64,000 nt of DNA from Flaccisagitta enflata (Eukaryota): positions 45,198,001 through 45,262,000 of the forward strand of contig OZ231126.1 in the NCBI GenBank assembly GCA_965153355.1, read 5' to 3'. Position 1 is the stretch's first letter. Every line of letters starts with the position of its first letter. Positions 43,921 to 64,000 of the stretch are shown here, one piece after another. The position numbers and the translations under genes are program-made. The notes under the pieces are model-generated. The model was not told the origin of the DNA. It saw only the letters and a list, made by a program, of their open reading frames with translations, and did not search any database.

Positions 43921-45551
43921 GTTAGTATTTTCAAATAGATGAACAAACATAGGTAAACTGAAAGGTATACAGTCTGGTTGAGAGACATTCAGTTTCTCCA
44001 CTCTCCAGTGTTCTTAACAAACACCTCCACTCCATATGTATTACTCCGTTGCAACACCTTGCACTTCCTCCTGCTTTAGGAAAAAGATGAGAATGAAAGA
44101 GGAGAACATAGAAGAGAATAAAAGGGTTGCCGTAAAGAAAACATGGCTCAGGTTTTGCATGATGATGAGCCAGGTTGAAAAGAAATTAACGCTGTTGTAA
44201 ACCTAAAGAATAAAGGAGAAAGAGAGAAGAAGAAAAAGCCAAGCAAAGGTAGAGAAAAACTCATGACATGAAAGAAAGAAAGGACGAGAAAAATGAGAAA
44301 CCTAAAGAAAGAAAATGGAATAAAAGAAAGACAAAATGATGGGAAGTCAGGTAAAAAGGAAAGAGATAGCAGGGAGAGACAGAAGAGTGAATTAGGTTGT
44401 AACGGGGGTTCAAAAAAGAAAAACTTAGAATGAACAATGACGTAGCAAAAAATAATTCTAATAATTCTATTGCAAAAGAAAAATAATATAATGATTGAGT
44501 CAGGCTAAGCAAATCATATCAAATAATGTTTTTACTTTGAATCAAATAAAAATAGCCAGTATCCTAAAAAAAATCTATTTGTAAACATCTGTTTTATAAA
44601 TACAAAACATAAATAGATAAAAACTTACATTTCTCTCTGTACCAAAAAAAGTTGAAATATTCTTTTCCGAACACCCGTTATATATTTAAGCGACGGCATT
44701 TGCGAATGACTAATCTGTCGCCCCGGATCGCCAATGCCCAATGATAAATGTACTATCTGTCCATCTCCCTCCCCCCCCTTCCCGAGTGGTAAATACTAGG
44801 TCGAATATCACGGAAGATTTATCGAAGATGTTGATAGACCAGGTTGACGGGACGTAAAATGCAGAGACCTAGATTTATAGAGGCAAGCAGCAAAAGAGGA
44901 ACCTGGTAGTTTTGAGAGACTGGGTGAGGCAAGGTAGAGAATCCGTGATGTAAAATGCCTGAGAAAATATGATTATTGATCAATGGGCTCCTGTGTACGT
45001 GACACGTTTATTTTACGGGACTTTGACAGGACTTTGTCAGGTACGCTGACCAAGAACGAAACAAGGCGAACCAACCATTTAAAACCAACTGATATAAAAT
45101 GACTTATATCAAGATTTCTTTTAACTTGATTGCGAGGCGTTTGGCCAAAATTATGCTAAATGGCCTCATCATCGTAACAGAATTTAGGAAAACAATTTTC
45201 GAATATTTCTAACATTTAGCCGACGGCACTTGAGTGGCTTTTGTGGCTCATCATGCGGGTAGAATTTGCCAGTGATTCAAATTTGGCCGATGTCACTCAT
45301 CTAAAGCTCTTGTCTTTGATTTGTGTCGATGATTTTTGCTTCGCCGATAAAAATCTGACAGAAAAAAAAGAAGACATCAAGAAAGAGAATTTTCCTATAC
45401 TCAGAAAAAAAACGAATGCTTCTACAAGATATCAACTTATGATCTTTTTCCTCTTTTCTTTTGTCCCGGTAACAATATCGTTCTCATACCACGGATACGA
45501 AAGGGAGAAACTTTAATTTCTTATCATCCTGACATTGCATTTGTTAACATC

Positions 45552-53994
<8,443 letters not shown>

Positions 53995-54671
53995 CAGATA
54001 GATGCACATTATAAATTGTATTGCCATTAGCCATTAGCCATTAGCCATTATCCATTAGCCATTAGCCATTATATACGACTCTATCAGTCAATAATCGATT
54101 GAATCAAGGTTAGTTCATCTGTTCATCCGTGTGTCCGTCCATGACTAAGCCCTAAAAGCCCCCATGGAACAAGTGTTCAATACCTCTGCCTCTGCTCACT
54201 AGTAACTTTCTTGTTGCAGGTAACTCTGACAAGTGGTATCCGTTCTTGTTGCATCTGTGCTCCCCAAAATGATAAAAAACATGTTTATTTGTAGTATCTA
54301 CGCTTAAAGTTTTGGAGCCCATTCTACTATACTGTCTTTGAATATCATATAAGGTGTTCAATAAGTTTAAATTTCCTTTAGATTTCCCTTGAGAAATACA
54401 AACTTGTGCTTTTTGGGCAGCGGCCCCGAAGGGGCCGATGACCTATGCTTTCACACAGGAGAATGACTTAAGATCTTTATAGGTTTTTTTTATTAGGTAG
54501 GTAGGTAGGTAGGTAGGTAGGTAGGTAGGTAGGTAGGTAGGAAGCCGTGCATCCGGCCTCGTCTTTTTTTTTAGGGGGGGCTGTGTAAAGTAGGGGAGTT
54601 AATTACCTTCTCACACAATTTTTTGAAGATTTTTTGACGACTTTCACACTTAGGCTCAAATTGTCTTCCAG

Positions 54672-55099
54672 GCGTTGGACGTACTGGGACTTTCATCGCA
54701 ATTTGGAGGCTCATTGACGAAGCCAAAGACTCCAAACAAGTTCATGTCTATAAATGTGTAGAAGACATGAGGAGGAAGAGGATGAAATTGGTGAGGCACT
54801 TAAAATGTAGAAGAAGAGGGATAAAAAGAAATGAGGGATCGTCCAATTAGTTCTAGTGCATGTGAAGTGATAATGAGATTATGAGGACTGCCTCGTGTCA
54901 AACTAAAAGTAAAACAAAACTCATTCCATCTTTGTTCAAGGTGCAAACTCCGAGTCAGTACAAATTCATCTATGAAGCATTTGCTATGCTTAGCAAAAAG
55001 GAGCTTCAGGAAGTGGAACTTTCGTCTCCAAAAGCTCTCGCAAGTAAGTTGGAATAGGAGTAGATTTGAAAACACAACAATGATACATGCAGTTGCAAC

Positions 55100-55162
<63 letters not shown>

Positions 55163-56199
55163 CAGAGTGTCAGATGAAAGGCAAATCCGTTTTGGAAACG
55201 ATGGACAAATGGAAGAGTCGAATCACTCGTCAATCAACCTTCACGAATCGTTACAAATCCAAAATGCGCTACAGACAGGTGCAATAATGACTGGAGTTAT
55301 GGTCTGGTTATGTGATGGTTCATTTCTTCCCCTAATGCTAGCGACTTCCTGTTTTTAGTCGCGTGCTACGCGACTCTACAACCCGCTTTGTCGGTCCGTC
55401 CGTCCGTCGGTCCGTTGGTCCGTCGGTCTGTCCGTCACACTTTACTTTTTTTGGGGTTTGGCGGTTTTTGGCTTCACTGCTCCTGCCCAAATGATCTGGT
55501 GACCTCAATTACAGCCCCTGCCCACCCGCACGCGACTGGGGTAGCCGTGTATCCGGCCTTGTTTTTTCTACTGCAGGGTCCGTTTCCTCCCGACCATTCT
55601 CTCGTGCCGCTTGAAGGTCCACTCTTCGAATATGAAGGTAGGAAAATGCACCCACCAGAGAAAATAGATAGTCCTGCGAACGCCCCCCTAAAAACGTTTT
55701 CACACATATTCCTTCACCAATGAACTCCTTATTGTTGGCAGAATCGTACATCAACGCCTGTTTCGTGGATGGATACAAAAACAAGCGCCAGTAAGCATCT
55801 TTTTGTTCAATTGTGCCATAAGTGGCATAAGCTTCACTTGATTTGTAACTGACACAGTAGCTCAATGATTTTCATTGTTTGAAAAAAAAGGTACATCGCG
55901 ACTCAAGCCCCGATGGCCAACACTATAGGAGATTTTTGGAAGCTTGTCTGGGAGTACGGTTCGGAGACTGTCGTCATGCTCAATGAAGAAGGTAGGAGAA
56001 CAAGCCCTACAAAGGACGGTTGGGCAAGCGCAGAACTACAACAAGATACTCACATTCACACTTACGCAACTCAAACTGACCAAGGACAAAAACAATGGTA
56101 ATTCAAAAATGTTACGGAGCGACGGACCGACACAGCAGCATATTCCTCTCCTCAATCATACTACGTATCGAAGTACAAGTGCAGTTAGGCCCTGTATGG

Positions 56200-56289
<90 letters not shown>

Positions 56290-56293
56290 TGAA

Positions 56294-56347
<54 letters not shown>

Positions 56348-56592
56348 AAAGTATACAAAACAATAAGCGAATCTATTACTCGTAAGGGCCCAGCGCACCA
56401 AACTATTGGAACGTCGGTGCGGAAGTTGACGAGCAGTTGGCGCCTCTAAAAGTGGAATTCCTTCAGGAATCCTCAGAAGGAGATTTTCATCTCGTCGACG
56501 TCAAAATCAAGAATTTGGAATCGGTCCAAGATTCGACCGCCGATGACCAACCAAACTCGGAAGATGTGAGGAACGTTCGGATCATACAGGTC

Positions 56593-56664
<72 letters not shown>

Positions 56665-56678
56665 CGTTGTCGTTGTCG

Positions 56679-56771
<93 letters not shown>

Positions 56772-58271
56772 TCGTTTTCGTTTTCGTTGTCGTTTGTACT
56801 ACCTAGGCCATAAGTATTGCAACAGCTTTAGACTGAGATAAGTCGGCTTTGAGAAGGAATTTGACCTTTTCTTGGTGAGATTCTTAATCTACATCAAATT
56901 TTCTTCAAATCTAGCTCAATCTCAGAATTCTCGGTCAATTTGTTTAGAAATGGCGCAAGAAAATGTAAAGACGTTGCTTTTTGAAAATCATGAAAAAATC
57001 ATGTTGGTCTCTTTCACTAACCATCTACAACATTTTGCATATAGATAATGGCAACAATAGGTCCCAGAGGTGACATGGCAACTTGCCTGCCCTCAATCCA
57101 ATTGAAAACCTTCGCAGTCAGACGAGAAACCTGCAGCGAAAAGTGCGTGTGACATCAATAGCGAGGTTGAAAAAGACAAGACAAGACAAGACAAGTCACA
57201 CCAGATTACCTAAAAATGCTATACCTATCGATACTAAGGCAGATGGAAGCTGTCATTTAGGCCCAGGGTGGACACATGAAACACATATTTGACTGAATTG
57301 ACTCATCTTGCTTTGTATTGGTGATTAAGTGAACTAATACCCTAAGTGTTGCAATACTTTTGTTCTAGGCAGTAGTTATCGTTGTCGTTGTTTTTCATTC
57401 TTTCTGTCGTCTGATTTTCATTCACACTTCCCGGTGCTAGGTTCTCAACTGGCCAATGGAATCTGACACTCCATCAGACTTGTCATGCATCTTCGGCATT
57501 TATGAAATGATATCGAAAGAGGAGAGCCCTCTCGTGGTCCACTGTCTCAACGGCGTCTCAAAGACGGGTACGTTACGACACTTTTAAGAAATTTCGGAAA
57601 TCGGAGGGCGAAAAAGCAAAATTATACCCACATTATATCATTCAGTTTTAAGGTATGTTTTAACCCTCTAATCTCAGGGATGTGTTTCAACTAAATCATG
57701 TGCTCATCATGATAATACTCAAAAACAAATACCGAATCATGTTTAACAAAGAGAAAACTACCGTAAAATTCTATAAGGTGCATATGTCTCTTGGTGTGGA
57801 CAAAACCCGCAAAAAACCTAAACATATACATCCAGATTTAGTAAATCATATTAGGCTGTAGTAAGATGTTGTAAATTTAAAGAATCAAACTATTTCATAC
57901 AAAAAAATTCGATTCCCTTGGCAGGTCTATTCTTGTCTTGCTTGAATCTGCTGGCCAAAGCCCGCATCCACGAAGTGATCCACGTTGCATGGGCCGCTTT
58001 GTCTGTCCGAGACGCGAATCCCAACTTCATCGTCAACTCGGCTCAAATGGACTTCCTCATCAAAGTCGCCAGAAAAGAGATCAATCCAGACGGAATCGAG
58101 GCGGAAGTCGTCGAGAGCGATTCCAGTAATTCCAGCGATTCCAGCAATTCCAGTGATTCCTCATCGGACGACGACGACAATTATGAAAATAATGAGGAGG
58201 CGAAGAAGAAACGGCAGAGAGACAATGAAGCTGCAGCTATTGCCACGGATTCTGATGATTCCGACCATTGA
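54672..58271 (+). pseudogene. Duplicated 3' half (exons 7'-15') of the receptor PTP; no start or promoter of its own, frames and splice sites intact
   Basis: Exons 54672-54790, 54941-55043, 55166-55278, 55577-55637, 55742-55790, 55891-55991, 56387-56589, 57441-57567, 57925-58271. No coding differences from copy 1 noticed by eye. Confidence 0.8.
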
Positions 58272-58686
58272 CAGATAGATGCACATTATAAATTGTATTG
58301 CCATTAGCCATTAGCCATTAGCCATTATCCATTAGCCATTAGCCATTATATACGACTCTATCAGTCAATAATCGATTGAATCAAGGTTAGTTCATCTGTT
58401 CATCCGTGTGTCCGTCCATGACTAAGCCCTAAAAGCCCCCATGGAACAAGTGTTCAATACCTCTGCCTCTGCTCACTAGTAACTTTCTTGTTGCAGGTAA
58501 CTCTGACAAGTGGTATCCGTTCTTGTTGCATCTGTGCTCCCCAAAATGATAAAAAACATGTTTATTTGTAGTATCTACGCTTAAAGTTTTGGAGCCCATT
58601 CTACTATACTGTCTTTGAATATCATATAAGGTGTTCAATAAGTTTAAATTTCCTTTAGATTTCCCTTGAGAAATACAAACTTGTGC

Positions 58687-59390
58687 TTTTTGGGCAGCGG
58701 CCCCGAAGGGGCCGATGACCTATGCTTTCACACAGGAGAAAATTCTCCTCCTTCTTCTCCTTCTTCTTCTCCGTCCACCCCCTCGACCAGCCTCAAGGCC
58801 CAAAATCTAGCCTCGAGGCTCAATTTTTAGCCTTAAGGCTCAAATTCCAGCCTTAGAGGCTCAAATTCCAGCCTTGAGGCTCAAATTCCAGCTGCTAGCC
58901 TCAAATTTCAGCCTCACAGCTTAAAATCCAGCCTCAAGGCTCAAATTGAGCCTCAAAGCTCAGAATCCAGCCTCTCCAGCCTCTCCATTTCTCCTCCCTC
59001 TTCTCCTCCTTCTCTGTCCACCCCCTCAACCCTCAAATCTAGACTTTAAGCCAAAAATCCAGCTTCAAGGCTCAAATTCCAACCTGAAGGCTTATATTCC
59101 AGCTTCACGCCTCAGATTCCTGCTTCAAAGCCTCAAATCCAGCCTCAAGGCTCAGAATCGAGCCTCAAAGCCCAGAATCTAGCCTTGGGGCTAAATATCC
59201 AGCCACATGGCCCCAATTTCAGCCTCCAAGCTCAAATTGCAGCCTCTAGGCTCAAGTCCCAACATAAAGCCTCCAAAATAACTAAGCATAGGTCACCGGC
59301 CCCTTCGGGGCCGCTGCCCCTCACACATCCACACACACTCACAGGGGCAACGGGTACCGCTGACCATCTAACGCTTTTGCGACTATTCTT
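58687..59390 (+). mobile_element. Family B2 element with 20-21 bp central repeats (its first ~55 bp also at 54408-54463)
   Basis: gggcagcggccccgaaggggccg head, inverse cggccccttcggggccgctgccc at ~59297-59319, tail ...gctgaccatctaacgcttttgcgact. Confidence 0.75.
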
Positions 59391-59666
59391 TGTTGTGTTG
59401 AACACCCGATCTATTGCAGCACAATTGTACATTTAGCCATGAATTTTCCACTTCCAATTTTGACTGTCTCTTGGTTTTAACATGGCAACATCGAGTGTCA
59501 TTTTACGACTTGTTTCTCCAGTAGCTTCATAACCAGGCAAACTTTATCTCGTTCTCGGAGTTAATCAGAAAACGTAAGTTACGTTAGTTATGAAGTGTTT
59601 GGTGCATGTGTCGAGCATGTCGAGCATGTCCACGAGCTTCGTCCGTCCATCAGCTCCGTCTGTAAT

Positions 59667-60035
59667 ATTGGGCAGCGGCCCCGAAGGAGTCAATGACCTA
59701 TGCTTTCACACAAATGGGGAATTTTCTCCTCCTTCTCCACCTTCTCCTCCTTCTTCTCCATCCCCCCCCCCATTTGCCAAATTTTGCCAAATTTGCCAAA
59801 TCTGCCAAATTCTGCCAATTTCAGCTAAATTCTGCTAAGTTCTGCCAAATTTAGCCATCCTCCTTCCAGCTTCGAGGAGGAGGAGGAGGAGGAGAAAATT
59901 CCTCATATGTCTGAAAGCATAGGTCATTAATCCCTTTGGGGCAAATGCCCTGCACCCTCCCTCATTCTTAATCACAAACTTCTCCAGCAGGACACGGGTA
60001 CCGCTGACCATCTGACGCTTTTGCGACCATTGGTT
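59667..60035 (+). mobile_element. Family B2 element with ~10 bp (ttgccaaat) central repeats
   Basis: Head at 59670, inverse arm ~59895-59950, tail gggtaccgctgaccatctgacgcttttgcgacc. Confidence 0.7.
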
Positions 60036-60726
60036 TTGATATTTGAATGTCGATAGGCCCAAGAGGCCTCGATAATAATCAGACGACGATGGTCCAAAGA
60101 TAGATTTCGCATGATTTCCACTATGATTATAAGCGATAAGTCATCAATGTAACGAGAAAAGACATAAGAGACATAATACTGATTTTAATCTTACACAATT
60201 ATAACCCGAATAGAATTATAGAAACAGGATTAAAACAATCGGAACGGGCGTAGTTTGGGCGAAAAAAACCCCGACGATTAAATAAGATTATGGGATCATC
60301 GATTTAATGCTAAAATATAAATGGATTAATAGATGAGATTATTGTTAAGTTAATTAATTTGCGTTCGCTCTTGCGTCATAACTAATGTTGGATTGATTCT
60401 GAATTATCTGCGGGTGATCATGAGTCAAAAGGAAATATCCCGATGTTAAAAAAAAACAGTGATAGATAAAGAATTCAAAAGAAAGACTTTGTCTAATTAG
60501 TGGTGAGAGGGAATAAAGAAATTTGGATCACGCAGGTACTGATAGACCAGCAGAAAAATAAATCGGAACTGTAAGAAGGAAAAACAAGTGACGCATAGTC
60601 ATGGATGGGCACGGGCAGACCAACCCCCCCCCAACCACCCCCTCCAACGGACAGCACACACACGCATTCAACGAACCAACGGACATGGACCAATGGAGCG
60701 GAAACGACCAAGGACGGAAAAAGACC

Positions 60727-60868
<142 letters not shown>

Positions 60869-61154
60869 GAAAGATGCTTATATAAGGTAAAAGCACTGAA
60901 AATTTACCGTTTTTTAAGGTTTTCTATTCTAGCTAAATAGCCGCAGGTTGATCATTCACTTTTTATAAAAACAACCCGAGGGGATTTTTCTCCCGAGACG
61001 AAGGTGGGGTATTACTGGGGGTAGCCAATGAAAAGAACCTTTATTTGAGGGAAAGAAAGATGCTTCACAGTTTTACTTCCGTTTTTAAAAGACCCCCAGC
61101 GAAAAAAATCCTAAACAAACCTAACGATCCAAGTAATTAAGATTGCAGTTTAGA

Positions 61155-61502
<348 letters not shown>

Positions 61503-62196
61503 GGGGTAAAGCTGTTTGTGATTTAGAATTTAAGTGCAGCTGTTTGTCATTTAGCAACATTATGAATTACAAATCCACACAGCGTTGCATTTTGATTCCA
61601 AGGGGCGTACACAGCCTAGGAGTAGTAAAGTTCAAATGAATATTTCGCATTCCTTCGTTTTTGAAGCGTAAATCACACACCATTGATGGACTCTAGAATC
61701 AATGAGCCAATCCGAGAAATACATCAATAAAAGTGAAAACCCAATGTTATTTGCCAAGTAACATGAGCAAGAGATCGTTTCACTGCAAGAGCTTAGAATT
61801 GGGGTACTACCCTACACTTTCATAAATGATTAGGTCAAGCGGTTTTTCAATTTTTAAACAGAAGAATAAATGGAAAACTATTATGGACAGTACCTACCGT
61901 AAGCTTTTCTCGCGCTCTTTTTCTTTCTTTTTTTTTCGGCAGACTTTTCTAGTCACATTTTTCTTAAAAACACAAGGGGGAGATTTGTTTACAAAAAAAA
62001 TCAAGGCGCAGAATGCCATGGAAGTGACCGGATAAATCTCTTACAAATGAAGTTTTAAGTTTTCTCTCTCCCCCTCCTTTCCAACCACTTATCTCTTCTT
62101 TGCGTAGCTCACCTTCTTATCCCCTGTTCAACCGTTTCTTATTCCTTTCTTTTCCTTTTTTCACCGACGCTTTTCCCTTATTTAACAATGAAGCAA

Positions 62197-62275
<79 letters not shown>

Positions 62276-63161
62276 GCGTCTCTTTCTGCGCGCGCAGCTG
62301 CGAGAGTCAGAATTTTGAATAATTGTCCCAAATAAGACGAAAAACCCAAAAACTTGCGCCGAAAATTCGAGGAATTGAAAATGGGCCAGGTGCCAGGAAG
62401 ACGAAGACGAAGATGAAGAAGTGGGAGTCGTCAGACGGAGGAAGTGCAAAGGGGGAACAAGGTGGAAGTGGTGCCGCGTGACTGGCGCCTGGCGGTATAT
62501 TTTGGGTGAAGCAAGTGTTGTTTCTGTGCAAAAAATGAAAAAAAAAAATCGATGTGAACCTACCATTAGCTCCTAATCCCTTCTTGCAAATCATATCAGA
62601 CTGTATTGAAAAGTACCGCTCATTAAAACAAGTCCAAAACTGGGCAAAAGTCGCGGACGACTGGGCAGGGGCAGTACTGTATTTTGCAGTATTTTCCCCC
62701 ACAATGACTTGAAACTCCATAAAAAAGAAGAAGAAACGTAAATTAAAAGATGTGATGGCCGGACAGAGGGACGGAGGGACAGATGGACAAACAGATGGAC
62801 GGACCGACAAAGCGAGCAGCGGCATAACGGGAGAGACACATAGTTCAAGGATGGAATTAAAATGGCATTTTGCCATAGGTATTGAGTGCGAGTGCGTTTA
62901 TCGAAACTAAAGAGCTCAATATCGTCCCAGGTTAAATGATAGTAAGAGACAGAGGGACTGATACAGTGGAATGATCATTTTGCGACAGACTGTTACCAAC
63001 AGTCACTTACAACCGTCTAACAAGGTATATTGGGCATGTTCATCAAAGTTGAGGAAAACAAAAAAAGAATAAGATTGCTGAGAAAAAAAGAGGACTATTA
63101 TCACAGGCCTCTTGATATCTTTCGGGCAGCAGGATTTGGGCATTGAAAAATTCCGACTGTC

Positions 63162-63515
63162 CATTACGTCCCGTGAAGCGCCCCAAACTTCAACTATGGC
63201 TCCCACCAATCTTACCACAGTTGAGGCTTGGTAAGAAAATATTCCATGCAAAATTTTGAACCTCTGAGAAAGCAGGAACCTTTGTTAGGCTGAGGTTAAA
63301 GTTTGTATTGAATTAGCATTGAAATCAATATTTCCATTATGCAAATTTGGTTTCAGCTATAGATTTTTATGGAAACTTCATGATCACCCTCACAAAGGGT
63401 CACGCAATTCCAGAGGCCTGAAAATTTGCATGGGATATTTTCTTACCAAGCCTCAACCATGGTAAGATTGGTGAGAGTCAGTGTTGAAGTTTGGGGCACT
63501 GCATGGGACGTACTG
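63162..63515. mobile_element. About 350 bp fold-back MITE
   Basis: tacgtccc...gccccaaacttcaac...caccaatcttacca...gttgaggcttggtaagaaaatat is mirrored by atattttcttaccaagcctcaac...tggtaagattggtg...gttgaagtttggggc...gggacgta. Confidence 0.8.
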
Positions 63516-63819
63516 AACATTCTGACATTCATACAATAAAACAGTGTCTACGCAGTTACAATCACTTTTTTTTTCTTGCTTTCCTTTCCTTTCCTCTCCT
63601 TTCCGTTTTCCGACCAACGGATGGACGGGCTGAAGGACCGACTCGGCAAAATCTAGAGTCGTGTCTCCGCGACTAAGAAGAATAGAATACTAGTAAATAA
63701 GGAATCTATCAAAATATCCACTGGGCAATTCTTACCTCTCTCAGACTCTCTCTTTAAAACGCTTTCATGTTAATTAACAATATCTGTAGGCGGGGCTGAA
63801 GATAGTAAAGCGCCAATTA

Positions 63820-63928
<109 letters not shown>

Positions 63929-64000
63929 AGAAAGTGAATATTCAGAATACGTGATAAGACCACCTTTGAGAATTTTTTGGGAATCATAAAGAAGTTTTTT

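Noticed and set aside
62382-62575. Acidic-then-basic peptide EDEDEDEEVGVVRRRKCKGGTRWKWCR resembling an antimicrobial peptide precursor
   Set aside because: In-frame stop at 62376, no ATG or signal peptide, and no convincing splice acceptor.

Overview
Repeat-rich, AT-rich eukaryotic genomic DNA, most likely from an invertebrate animal; the taxon cannot be fixed from the sequence alone. Two protein-coding genes are well supported. The first is an intronless phospholipase B-like (PLBD1-type Ntn-hydrolase) ORF at 19113-20789 (+). The second is a 15-exon receptor-type protein tyrosine phosphatase at 45552-53994 (+, 1066 aa by hand assembly), with an active D1 domain, a degenerate D2 domain and an unusual ectodomain in which an Ig-like fold appears split by a furin site and a mucin-like insert. 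The 3' half of that gene (exons 7-15) is tandemly duplicated (about 4.25 kb, 50218-54462 and 54463-58739). A probable terminal exon of an unknown gene lies at 557-1115. Most of the remaining sequence is long microsatellites, fold-back/MITE elements, a Tc1-like remnant and about 40 copies or fragments of two non-autonomous element families with Helentron/HINE (DINE-1-like) architecture. Their paired terminal motifs co-vary between subfamilies, they nest inside one another, and they carry copy-specific central tandem arrays, one expanded to about 1.9 kb. Nearly all other ORFs in the supplied track are translations of repeats. All alignments were done by eye.
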